A DNA stretch of 24,796 nucleotides from a candidate division WOR-3 bacterium (GTDB lineage Bacteria > Hydrothermota > Hydrothermia > JBDRYB01), in assembly GCA_049969615.1 (NCBI GenBank), contig JBMFOM010000016.1, forward strand, positions 1 through 24,796, read 5' to 3'. A program made the position numbers and the translations under genes. Below are positions 8,290 through 17,097 of this stretch, piece after piece. Under the pieces are notes generated by a model. That model did no database searches and was not told where the DNA came from. It saw only the letters and a list, made by a program, of their open reading frames with translations. Each line of letters starts with the position of its first letter. The stretch's first letter is position 1.

Positions 8290-9477
8290 TTATTCGGCAA
8301 AAACGCCGATCAACTCTGCCTCGCCCACGCGGGTCATCCTGACCCTTGCCAACGAACCCGGTGTCAGGCCCCTTACCCCCAGTCGCAGGTAATTACCCGA
8401 AATAGCGAAGGTAACCCCGGCCTTTCTTTTTTCGCCCACCACAACCAATTCAGCTCCCACAAAACGTTTGGCAAATTTTAACCTGTTTTCCTGGTCGGTT
8501 TCAAGAAGAGATCTGACCCTTTTCTTCACCAGGCTAGCATCTAGTTCCCCGAGCTCCCACGCCCTCGTGCCTGGCCTTCGGGAATAGCTGAATATGTGCG
8601 CGTACGCGAAGGGAAAATCCCTGAGGAACGAGAGGGTATCCTGAAAATCGGGGTCGGCCTCTGCCGGAAACCCTGCTATGATATCCGTGCCTATTGCCAG
8701 GCTGGGCATGGCCGAGAGCGCCCGGAAGGCCTTGTCCTCGTATTCTCTGAGCGTGTAGGGCCTGCCCATTTCCGATAGCACCCTGTCCGATCCGGATTGC
8801 AGGGGGAGGTGCAGGTGATCCGCGACTCGCCAGCCCGCGCCGGACATGATCTCAATGAGTTCAGGGTTCAGATATTGCGGCTCAATTGACGAGAGCCTGA
8901 AACGAACCCCGGATAGCCTCTCGATCAGTTGCCCCAAAAGCCAGGCGAGGTTTCGGCTCCCTTCACGCCAAGCCCCTGTTTGGGTTCCGGTTATGACGAT
9001 CTCCCTGAATCCGGCTGATGCAAGGTTTTCCGCCTCGGCTATTATCTCCCAGAATGGCCTTGAGACCGATGGCCCTCTCATCCTGGGGACAACGCAATAG
9101 GCGCAAGAGAAATCACATCCGAGCTGGACTCTGAGGTATGCCCTTGCTCTACCAGTGAACCCGGAGATATGCTTTGGCATTTCAACTCCGAGCTCGCGGG
9201 CCAACTCCTGATATGTCATCAATTGAGGGCCGAGACCCCGGAGGCTCTCCCCGGGACAGCCTGTGATTATTACCCTTTTGGCGCGCGCGAGGCCCCTTCT
9301 GACCGCTCGCCTAGTATCCCTTTCTGCCTTTGCTGTTACCGCGCAAGCGTTCACGACCACCAGATCCGGTTCTGTCCCGTGGGCATTATATCCAGCCATT
9401 GAGAGCATTTCTCCGATGAGCTGAGAGTAATACTGATTCAGCCTACAGCCGATGGTTATCACGCGTGCGGTTGGCAT
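8290..9477 (-). CDS. mtaB: tRNA t6A methylthiotransferase (MiaB-like radical SAM)
   Basis: TIGCRLNQ, VVNACAVTAKAERD, CDFSCAYC, HLHLPLQSGSD, TDIIAGFP, FSYSRRPGT. Confidence 0.88.
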   Translation of the reverse strand: MPTARVITIGCRLNQYYSQLIGEMLSMAGYNAHGTEPDLVVVNACAVTAKAERDTRRAVRRGLARAKRVIITGCPGESLRGLGPQLMTYQELARELGVEMPKHISGFTGRARAYLRVQLGCDFSCAYCVVPRMRGPSVSRPFWEIIAEAENLASAGFREIVITGTQTGAWREGSRNLAWLLGQLIERLSGVRFRLSSIEPQYLNPELIEIMSGAGWRVADHLHLPLQSGSDRVLSEMGRPYTLREYEDKAFRALSAMPSLAIGTDIIAGFPAEADPDFQDTLSFLRDFPFAYAHIFSYSRRPGTRAWELGELDASLVKKRVRSLLETDQENRLKFAKRFVGAELVVVGEKRKAGVTFAISGNYLRLGVRGLTPGSLARVRMTRVGEAELIGVFAE

Positions 9478-9544
9478 GATCCAAAATCACAGGATCTAGC
9501 ATCAGCGAAACACAAGGCCTTTTGCGCGATGGACACGAATGCCT

Positions 9545-9733
9545 GAGATCTCTGATAAAGTAGCAATAACTTACTGGTTTGGGAGAGGAACACCTTGTCC
9601 AGAAGAACAGGGTTCTAAGAGAGGGTCCCCCTGAAAAATCCCGCCGTGAGAGCATTCCATCAGGGTTCTCATCTGGCTATGATGAGGTTCCCAGATATGG
9701 ACCACGGACAAACCGGGATTTTTCAGGGGTTTT
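9545..9733 (+). mobile_element. MITE-like repeat, long copy 1
   Basis: Starts GAGATCTCTGATAAAG, ends TTTTTCAGGGGTTTT; internal perfect IR 9628-9643/9714-9729; no clear TSD. Confidence 0.9.
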
Positions 9734-9740
9734 ATACCTT

Positions 9741-11465
9741 TCACTTTTCTCCCTCTTCTTTGAGCTCCTCAAGCCTGTCCAGCTCTGCCTTGAGTATCTC
9801 ACCGAGGTTGAGCCGAGCGGGTTCTGGCTTGAACTTAGCGGCTAGCTCCTCCTTACGTTCGGCCTCTTTTGCCTTGTAGAAGTTGCGTTCGGAGAGAACT
9901 ATGCGTTTGCGGTCGGGTTCAACCTCAAGAACAACCAGGTTTATCTCCTGGTTAGGGGAGTAGTTGTCTTTGGGATTGCCTCGTTTCTGAAGGTGAGACT
10001 GGGGCACAAATCCTTCCAGTCCCTCATCTATCTTTATGGTGACCCCGCGCTCGGTCACGGATGATATGACGGCTTTTATCTCCGACCCTTCGGGCATGCG
10101 CTTCTTTATCTCTTCCCATGGGTTCGGCCTCGCGTGTTTTAGGGAGACCTCCATCAGCCGGGTTTTCTTGTCCACATCAATCACCTTGACCCTGACGCGC
10201 TGGCCCTTGCTCATTGCCTCTCCGGGCGAGGAGAAACGTTTTGTCCAGGATATGTTTGATATGTGCAGGTAACCCTGAACGCCCTTGTCTATTTCAACAT
10301 AAGCGCCATATCCGTCAAAGTCCTGAACAAAACCCTCAACCTCTGAGCCGACCGGATACCTCTTTTCTATGTCGGCCCACGGGTCAGGTGTGGCCTGTTT
10401 GAGGCCCAAGGATATGCGCTGGCGGTCAATATCAACATTGAGGACTATGGCCTCTATTTCCTGATCCGGCTGAAGTATATCCCTTGGGTGGGCTGGTGGC
10501 CTTCCCCATACCATCTCCGAGATGTGGATTAGTCCCTCAACTCCAGGCTCCAGCTCCACGAAAGCGCCGAACTCCACTATGCTCGTTACTCTGCCTTTTA
10601 CTCTGTAACCAAGGCGATATTTCTCGGCTATGCGCTCCCACGGATGGGGCGTCATGTGTTTGAGGCCGAGCGCGAGCTTCATGTTCTCCGGATCCACAGA
10701 GAGAACCTTTACCCTCACCCTCTCGCCCGGCGTCACGACATCCTTTGGGTCATGGACACGGGTCCACGACAGGTCGGATATGTGGATCAACCCATCTATG
10801 CCCCCCACATCAACGAAGACGCCAAACTCAGTTATGGTCTTCACGACGCCTTCTACGACCGTTTCCGGCTGTATCTCCATGAGCCTGGCCCTTGCACGCT
10901 CAAGCTCCTCTTCAATGACCTCCTTTCGGGAGACCACGATGTTCTTCCTGAGTTTGTTGAGCTTGATGACCTTCACCGGGACCGATTTGCCCAGGAACGC
11001 GCCGAAGTTGCGTATTTTGCGGGTGTCCACCTGAGAGCCAGGCATGAAAGCCTCAACGCCGAATACCTCAACTATGAAGCCTCCCCTGACCTGCCTTATT
11101 ACCCTGGCATCAACGGTCAGGTTGTCCTGGTATGCCTCTTTTATCTTGTCCCAGGCGAGGAGAAAGTCAGCCTTGTCCTTTGAGAGCCTTATCAGGCCTT
11201 CTCCAGGCTCTACATATTCCACATAGACCTTGATCTTGTCTCCCGGCTTTATCTCCTCATCTTTGAACTCCGAAAGCGGCAGAACACCCTCGCTTTTTGC
11301 TCCTATGTCAACGAAGGCTTCCGTCTTGGTGACCTTCACAACCGTTCCCTCAACGACCTCGTTCATCCTGAGGGCCTCGGTTGCCGGCTGGTCCTGTATG
11401 AGCCTCATGAACTCATCATCTGATATGGTTCCTCCTTCTCTTACAGCATCTTTGTCATCTGGCAT
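9741..11465 (-). CDS. rpsA: 30S ribosomal protein S1
   Basis: 574 aa, six S1 repeats (FVDIGAKSEG, EFGVFVDVGGIDGLIHISDLSW, EFGAFVELEPGVEGLIHISEM); SD AAGGAGG. Confidence 0.97.
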   Translation of the reverse strand: MPDDKDAVREGGTISDDEFMRLIQDQPATEALRMNEVVEGTVVKVTKTEAFVDIGAKSEGVLPLSEFKDEEIKPGDKIKVYVEYVEPGEGLIRLSKDKADFLLAWDKIKEAYQDNLTVDARVIRQVRGGFIVEVFGVEAFMPGSQVDTRKIRNFGAFLGKSVPVKVIKLNKLRKNIVVSRKEVIEEELERARARLMEIQPETVVEGVVKTITEFGVFVDVGGIDGLIHISDLSWTRVHDPKDVVTPGERVRVKVLSVDPENMKLALGLKHMTPHPWERIAEKYRLGYRVKGRVTSIVEFGAFVELEPGVEGLIHISEMVWGRPPAHPRDILQPDQEIEAIVLNVDIDRQRISLGLKQATPDPWADIEKRYPVGSEVEGFVQDFDGYGAYVEIDKGVQGYLHISNISWTKRFSSPGEAMSKGQRVRVKVIDVDKKTRLMEVSLKHARPNPWEEIKKRMPEGSEIKAVISSVTERGVTIKIDEGLEGFVPQSHLQKRGNPKDNYSPNQEINLVVLEVEPDRKRIVLSERNFYKAKEAERKEELAAKFKPEPARLNLGEILKAELDRLEELKEEGEK

Positions 11466-11512
11466 GTCAAGATAGTTCCTCCTTTAATGTGGATTTGTTT
11501 TTCTCCGTTAGT

Positions 11513-11532
11513 TCCCTGTTTGGAAACAGGGA
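11513..11532. other. hairpin in the ispH-rpsA intergenic region
   Basis: TCCCTGTT-TGGA-AACAGGGA perfect 8-bp stem; no U-tract on the transcribed (minus) strand. Confidence 0.45.
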
Positions 11533-11543
11533 TGTGTTCACCC

Positions 11544-12398
11544 TCATTTTGCTCCCTCCCTTATTCTGGCTATGGCCTCCAGTCTCGCCACAACCTCTTT
11601 GACAACATCCGGTGGGGTTGACGCGCCAGCGGTTATACCTACCTCCTGGACACCATCCAGCCAGTTCGGGTCTATTTCATCCGGGCCCTCTATGTGATGG
11701 GTAATAACGCCCATGTCCTCACATATCTCATATAGCCTGGTAGTGTTTGAGGAATTTTTTCCTCCCACCACAATCATCATGTCAACCTGACTGGCGAGCT
11801 CTCGCGTTGACTCCTGGCGCCTGCGTGTCGTGTAACATATCGTATTGAAGGCTCTCACCTCTCTCGCCTTCTTCAATAGTTCCGAAACCACCTCCGCGAA
11901 TATCTCGTATCTCATGGTAGTCTGCGCCAGGACCCCTATCTTTCTTGAGAAAAGCACCCCGGGCACCGCGGCCGGGTCGTCTATGACAGTTGCCTTGCCT
12001 CCAGCGTGGCCGACCAGGCCCATGACCTCGGGGTGATACTCTTTGCCCACAACAACGACCTGGTAACCCTCAGAGGCAAGCAGTCTGGCTACATCCTGCG
12101 CGGTCTTAACGAATGGGCATGTCGCGTCAATTATTTGCGTCCCCCTCTTTTTTGCCTCTCCATAAACCTCGGGCGGAACGCCGTGGCTCCTAACCACCAC
12201 ATAGGGGGTTTTTGCTTCTGAGAGGTCGCTTATGCTCTCTATACCCTGTCTGGAAAGGCTCTCAACGACCTGTGGGTTGTGGATTATCGGCCCCAAAGTG
12301 GATAGCGCTTTGCCCTCTGCCTTAGACCGGGCTATAATGTCAAGGGCGCGCTGAACGCCGAAGCAAAAGCCGGCCTCCTCGGCTATTCTAATCCTCAT
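11544..12398 (-). CDS. ispH: 4-hydroxy-3-methylbut-2-enyl diphosphate reductase
   Basis: AGFCFGVQRA, LGPIIHN, VRSHGV, DATCPFV, HPEV, NTICY.T..RQ, GGKNSSNT, GITAGASTP. Confidence 0.97.
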   Translation of the reverse strand: MRIRIAEEAGFCFGVQRALDIIARSKAEGKALSTLGPIIHNPQVVESLSRQGIESISDLSEAKTPYVVVRSHGVPPEVYGEAKKRGTQIIDATCPFVKTAQDVARLLASEGYQVVVVGKEYHPEVMGLVGHAGGKATVIDDPAAVPGVLFSRKIGVLAQTTMRYEIFAEVVSELLKKAREVRAFNTICYTTRRRQESTRELASQVDMMIVVGGKNSSNTTRLYEICEDMGVITHHIEGPDEIDPNWLDGVQEVGITAGASTPPDVVKEVVARLEAIARIREGAK

Positions 12399-13701
12399 CC
12401 TTGAAACCTCCCAGCTTCAAGATCTCCGCCCTCAGGTCCTTAGTCATCTCAACCATACCATTCCTACCTGGCGGGTAGCTCTGGGGCCAGAGCGCCTCCC
12501 CGAACCTATACACCAATCTCGGTTTTCTCATGAGCCACCTGAGAGGCCTCCAGGGAGTCTTGTGTCTGGTTGAATAACACGGCACTATTGGAGCACCCGA
12601 TAACTGCGAAAGAAGCGCTGGCCCCATCCTAAACGAGAGCAACGGGTTTTGGGTTCTGTTTCTGGTTCCCTCGGGATACATCACGACAGCCCCGCCTTTT
12701 CGGAGAACCGCAATAGCCTCTTCAAAGGCCCCTTTTGCGCCTGCTGAGCGCTTTATTTTTAGCGCGTTGAAGGTCCTTATCAGCCAGGAAAGCCACCAGA
12801 CAAAGATGTCCTCCTTTGCCAGATAATAGAGCTCTCTTTTTGCCGCGGCGCCGACCATAGGCGGGTCCCACATCGTTGTGTGGTTCGGGGCGATTATGCA
12901 CGGGCCTCCGGGTATGTTCTGTCTCCCCTCAACCTTCATCCCCCAAATCAGATACCAGAATGGCCAGCTAATTATCCAGCATACCCTCCAGAGCAATCTG
13001 TCTCTGTGAAACCTGCCGAGCTTCCTCTCAAGCTCTCGGATTATCGTTTCTACCTGTTTTTCTATTGGTTCGTCATCGGAGCGCAGAACGAAAGCCCCGT
13101 CGGGAATCCTCAGCGGTGAATCCTTCCTCTCGCTATCCCTTTTGTCCCGGGCCTCGGTTTCCATGATAACCTCTTCTATGTCCCTGGATATTCCAGCTCT
13201 CTTGTAATCCAGTAGCCTTCTCCTCGCCCTCTCTCTGAGACTCGCATCAAGATAAACCTTAAAATCAGCATCCGGAAATATCACGGTCCCCGCGTCCCGG
13301 CCCTCCGCTACTATTCCCTTTCCCGCAAGTTCCCTCTGCAGTTGAACAAGGCGCCGCCTAACGCCAGGATGAACGCTCAGCCTGCTCGCATAGTCAGAGA
13401 CCTCCGGAGTCCTTATCTCCCCTGATACATCCCTCCCGTTCAGCCAAGCGAAGCAATTTCTGCCCCGCCATTTTATGGTTATTTCAGAGCTGTCCAGGAC
13501 AGAAAGCGCTTCTTCCTCTGAGTCCGGATCCGCGTGTTTGGCCAAAACCGCCAGGGCCAACGTCCGGTATGTCGCGCCGGTGTCAAACACACGAAGCCCA
13601 AGCCTGTGGGCTATTTCCCGGGCCTTGGTGCTCTTTCCAGATGCCACTGGTCCGTCCATTGTGATGATCAGATCACCTCTTTCCCTGAGACTGGTCGTCA
13701 A
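12388..13701 (-). CDS. cmk: cytidylate kinase fused to 1-acyl-sn-glycerol-3-phosphate acyltransferase (Cmk-PlsC)
   Basis: DGPVASGKST, DTGATYR, EGRDAGTVIFPDA, RDKRDSER..SPL; then PlsC motifs NHTTMWD, YLAKE, YPEGTR. Confidence 0.92.
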   Translation of the reverse strand: MTTSLRERGDLIITMDGPVASGKSTKAREIAHRLGLRVFDTGATYRTLALAVLAKHADPDSEEEALSVLDSSEITIKWRGRNCFAWLNGRDVSGEIRTPEVSDYASRLSVHPGVRRRLVQLQRELAGKGIVAEGRDAGTVIFPDADFKVYLDASLRERARRRLLDYKRAGISRDIEEVIMETEARDKRDSERKDSPLRIPDGAFVLRSDDEPIEKQVETIIRELERKLGRFHRDRLLWRVCWIISWPFWYLIWGMKVEGRQNIPGGPCIIAPNHTTMWDPPMVGAAAKRELYYLAKEDIFVWWLSWLIRTFNALKIKRSAGAKGAFEEAIAVLRKGGAVVMYPEGTRNRTQNPLLSFRMGPALLSQLSGAPIVPCYSTRHKTPWRPLRWLMRKPRLVYRFGEALWPQSYPPGRNGMVEMTKDLRAEILKLGGFKDED

Positions 13702-13809
13702 AAGGCCTAATAGGATAATGCACAGAATTGTTTTCCTGCAACCACGCGCTCACCGTATAAATCCGCCCATAGAGAGCAACTGGCAAGGCCCAACCAGTAT
13801 AATTTGCCC

Positions 13810-14331
13810 ATGAGGAAAAGGGGTTATGTGCATGTCTATACCGGTGACGGCAAGGGGAAGACCACCGCGGCCTTTGGCCTCGCCCTTAGGACCCTTGGTC
13901 ACGGAGGCAGGGTTTTCGTCGTTCAGTTCATGAAAAAGGGCAAAACCGGCGAGGCGCGAGCGCTATCGGCCTTTGGCGATAGCGTCCGAGTAATCCAAAC
14001 AGGCCCATCCGGTTTCCTTGGCCCGGACAATCGCGGCAGGTTCCTCCGCGCCGCGAGAAGCGGTTTTGAAACCCTGAGAGATGCCCTTTGTTCCGGGGAA
14101 TACGACCTGGTTATCGGGGATGAGCTTGCTGTCGCGGTGGGCCTGGGCCTGATACCCGTGGAGGAAGTCTTGGAATTAGTCAGCGAGAGGCCTGCCGGGA
14201 CTGAGCTCGTGATAACCGGGAGATGCGCGCCGCGTGAGCTCATAGAAGCAGCCGACCTGGTCACGGAGATGCGGGAAATCAAACATTACTACAAAAAGGG
14301 GGTCAAAGCCAGGCGAGGAATAGAGTTCTAG
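13810..14331 (+). CDS. cobO: cob(I)yrinic acid a,c-diamide adenosyltransferase (CobA/BtuR/CobO)
   Basis: VHVYTGDGKGKTTAAFG, VQFMK, ELVITGR, ADLVTEM..IKH, ARRGIEF; start set to ATG 13810 after TATAAT-N6. Confidence 0.93.
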   Translation: MRKRGYVHVYTGDGKGKTTAAFGLALRTLGHGGRVFVVQFMKKGKTGEARALSAFGDSVRVIQTGPSGFLGPDNRGRFLRAARSGFETLRDALCSGEYDLVIGDELAVAVGLGLIPVEEVLELVSERPAGTELVITGRCAPRELIEAADLVTEMREIKHYYKKGVKARRGIEF

Positions 14332-14332
14332 A

Positions 14333-14519
14333 GATACCCCTGATAAAGCAATAATAACTTGCTGGCTTAAGCCAGGAGCACTTTGTCTAAGAGAACGGGT
14401 TTCTAAGAGGGGCCTCTTGAAAAATCCCTTCACGGGGGCATTTTCTGAGGGTTCTCTTCCAGCTATGATAAGGCTTTCGGATAGGGACCAAGGACAAGCC
14501 GGGATTTTTCAGGGGTTTC
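14333..14519 (+). mobile_element. MITE-like repeat, long copy 2
   Basis: GATACCCCTGATAAAG...TTTTTCAGGGGTTTC; flanked by direct repeat TAGA (14329-14332 / 14520-14523). Confidence 0.9.
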
Positions 14520-14989
14520 TAGAGCCTCTCCCTCAGTTTCACGTAGGTCCTGGAAAGAGCCTCAGAGACCACCTTCACATCCCCTACAACTGGCATAAAG
14601 TTCGTGTCGCCCGACCATCTTGGAACGATGTGCGCGTGGATGTGGCTGAATCCTGCGCCGGCTATCCTCCCGATGTTTATCCCGATGTTGAAGCCCTGGG
14701 GGTTCATGGCCTCAGCCAAAACGCGTTCCATCCTGGCCAGCAGAGCCATCATCTCCGAGACCTCATCCCCGCTCAGTCCGGAAAGCGATTCTATGTGTCT
14801 GTATGGGGCTATCATCAGGTGTCCGGGGTTGTATGGGAACCGGTTCATCAGGACAAAACAGGTCTCGCCCCTCAGGAGGAGAAGGTTCTCCACGTCCCTG
14901 TCCTCGCGTGGCAGTTCGCAGAATATGCAGGCCGTCTCGTCAGCCTTCAGTATATATTCCATGCGCCAGGGCGCGAACAGCCTGTCCAA
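14519..14989 (-). CDS. HIT-family hydrolase (Ap4A phosphorylase-like)
   Basis: DRLFAPWRMEYI, CIFC, NRFPYNPGHLM, GFNIGINIG..AGAG, HIHAHIVPRW.GDTNFM; start at TTG 14989 after SD GGAGG. Confidence 0.92.
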   Translation of the reverse strand: MDRLFAPWRMEYILKADETACIFCELPREDRDVENLLLLRGETCFVLMNRFPYNPGHLMIAPYRHIESLSGLSGDEVSEMMALLARMERVLAEAMNPQGFNIGINIGRIAGAGFSHIHAHIVPRWSGDTNFMPVVGDVKVVSEALSRTYVKLRERL

Positions 14990-14990
14990 G

Positions 14991-15464
14991 CTATCCTCCG
15001 AATATCCTGGCGAAGAATACCGCGCCAACCTGGGTTATGACCTTAAGGAGATATGTGCCCGCCACCAGGTTAGCGCCTTGGGGAAAGAGGTTGAGGGAAT
15101 AGCCCACTGCTGACAAGAAGCAGAGGCCCTCTATGACCGAGAGGCCAAGTCCAAGGATCTTATCCAGAACACCAAGGCGAATCCTCTTTGCTTTGCCGGA
15201 GAGCCATTCACCGATTACCTGGGCCAGGATGTATGTCGCGATGAAGATTATGGAAAACCATATCGCTGAGTCCACCGTGTCGTTCTTCGTCCATCCCAGC
15301 CTCTCTGAGAGGGACGGCGAGAACCTGAACGCCAGGAATATTCCTATGATGAGGCCCACTAGGGTCGCTAGCTCAACGATGAGGCCCCTGTGCCACCCGG
15401 TCCTGGCCCATATCACGAGGAACAGGACCACGAGAATATCAACGACTATGTAAAGCCAGTTCAT
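14991..15464 (-). CDS. cvpA: CvpA-family membrane protein
   Basis: DIL.......GWHRGLIVE and LDKILG motifs; four TM helices. Confidence 0.85.
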   Translation of the reverse strand: MNWLYIVVDILVVLFLVIWARTGWHRGLIVELATLVGLIIGIFLAFRFSPSLSERLGWTKNDTVDSAIWFSIIFIATYILAQVIGEWLSGKAKRIRLGVLDKILGLGLSVIEGLCFLSAVGYSLNLFPQGANLVAGTYLLKVITQVGAVFFARIFGG

Positions 15465-15471
15465 AACATCC

Positions 15472-15658
15472 GAAACCCCTGAAAAATCCCGGTTTGTCCT
15501 TGCTCCATATCTATGAGCCTCATCATAGCCAGAAGAGAACCCTGAGTAAATGCCATCGTGACGGGATTTTTCGGGGGATCCCTCTTAGAACCCCGTTCTT
15601 TTGGACAAAGTGTTCCTAGTCCAAACCAGTAAGTTATTACTACTTTATCAGAGGTCTC
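15472..15658 (-). mobile_element. MITE-like repeat, long copy 3 (reverse)
   Basis: GAAACCCCTGAAAAATCCCGG...TTTATCAGAGGTCTC; perfect 5-bp TSD CATCC (15467-15471 / 15659-15663). Confidence 0.92.
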
Positions 15659-15751
15659 CATCCTCAAAGAATCCGTCCAAAAGAAGCGGTTTTTGGCGCT
15701 TTCGCGCCTAGTTTTCGCTGATCCGGCCCCCCCAATAACCCAACGGATACC

Positions 15752-15772
15752 GCCGGGTTTTTCAGGGGTTTC
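15752..15772 (+). repeat. solo right end of the same element family
   Basis: GCCGGGTTTTTCAGGGGTTTC is nearly identical to the right ends of copies 2 and 5. Confidence 0.7.
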
Positions 15773-15881
15773 ATTTGGTCAGTCCGAGTGGTTTTTAACC
15801 TGCCGTATGGCCAGTTCATAAGATTATATGGCCTACCAGCCACAGCAGGATATAAGCCGTTGGTTTTGGGGATGGGCCTAT

Positions 15882-16373
15882 TCACACCTGAATCACCTCC
15901 GGTTTCATGGTCTCGGTATCCAGGAGGATAAATGTCCTCTTCCCCGTGAGAAACCCGTGTAGTTCGCCCGGGTTAAGGGCGAGAACTCCATCTATTTCCT
16001 TTATCTCCAACAGGTGGGTGTGGCCCCACATTATGGCCTGAAAACGTTTGCTCGCGGAAAGAAACTCTGGGAAGAGGGGTTCATGCATGGCCGCGATGGT
16101 GATGCCACCGAGATTAATTGTCGTTGGGGGATGAAGGAAGCGCGCTCCCAGGGGGGAGAACTTCTCCATGAGGGCAACCCTGTCCCCATCGTTGTTGCCA
16201 AAAAGAATGGTGATCTCGCCGCCAAAGTGAGCCTTGAAAACCCTAGAGGTAAATGGAGATATGAGGTCACCGAGGTGGACTATGTGTTGAGCTCCGCGTT
16301 TTGCCGCAATAGAAAGAGCCCTAGCGAGCGCGTCGCAGTTGTCGTGGCTATCAGACATCACAGCTATCTTCAC
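15882..16373 (-). CDS. YfcE/MJ0936-family metallophosphoesterase
   Basis: KIAVMSDSHDN, HLGD, GNND, H, GHTH, LNPGE; start at GTG 16373 after TATTCT-N6. Confidence 0.9.
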   Translation of the reverse strand: MKIAVMSDSHDNCDALARALSIAAKRGAQHIVHLGDLISPFTSRVFKAHFGGEITILFGNNDGDRVALMEKFSPLGARFLHPPTTINLGGITIAAMHEPLFPEFLSASKRFQAIMWGHTHLLEIKEIDGVLALNPGELHGFLTGKRTFILLDTETMKPEVIQV

Positions 16374-16428
16374 ACGCAAAGAATAAGCCCGGCGAACCCC
16401 GCCGGGCAAGTATCGGGGAGGTTGTGCT

Positions 16429-17097
16429 CTAGTGGCTGGATGAATCCGCGTCCGTCTCCACCTTCACGCTTATGTCTACCTTTCTCTTCTGGCCTGGCAC
16501 CCATTTCTTTATCTCAACGCCAGCACCGTGGGCCTCTATGTTCACGGGAATCCCCTGGTCAGAGACCAGGCCTTCCTCTATCTCAAAGCCGGCGCCAGCC
16601 GTGTCCGCGCTAAGCTTTATGGAAACGCCATCGGGCACATAGAGCTCAAGGCCTGACCATTTCACGAAGGCAGAGAAACCCCTCGCGTCCGGCGCGAGCA
16701 CTACGGAGCCGCCACTCATGAACAGGTTCAGCTTGCCCGCCTTCCATCCCTCAAGCTCAACTCCGGACAGTGTGGCGTCTATGACCACACTATCAGGTGC
16801 CACTCCTTCCACCCCGGCTAGCGTCGCGTCAAGAACAATAGCCGTGCCCGCAGGCACGAAGATTGCCGCGCCAGCGCCAGATAGCCTGTATTTGCCCTCG
16901 GTCTCGTTCAGCCAGCCCTCAACGCTCATGTGCGCGAGGGAGTCATCCGAAGGCTTAAGGGTTAACCCGGCCGCTGATGCCGAGACCATGAGAACGGGCC
17001 CGGGCGCGAAGTCCAACCTGTGTTTCTCATTCGCTTTTTTCTTTGGGCTCAGGCAACACGACGCCAGGAGAAGGCTTGCTAATACCGCGTTTCTCAT
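16429..17097 (-). CDS. putative lipoprotein with beta-strand repeats (DUF4097-like)
   Basis: MRNAVLASLLLASC lipobox; SD AGGAGG; ATGA overlap with the upstream gene; repeated LDATLAGV/IDATLSGV. Confidence 0.6.
   Translation of the reverse strand: MRNAVLASLLLASCCLSPKKKANEKHRLDFAPGPVLMVSASAAGLTLKPSDDSLAHMSVEGWLNETEGKYRLSGAGAAIFVPAGTAIVLDATLAGVEGVAPDSVVIDATLSGVELEGWKAGKLNLFMSGGSVVLAPDARGFSAFVKWSGLELYVPDGVSIKLSADTAGAGFEIEEGLVSDQGIPVNIEAHGAGVEIKKWVPGQKRKVDISVKVETDADSSSH

Noticed and set aside
9579-9879. ORFs at 9579, 9646, 14417, 17361, 17776 and 7868, most sharing the IFQGF/DFSG-type peptides
   Set aside because: Translations of the MITE running antisense into real genes; the frame is not kept in all copies and there is no RBS
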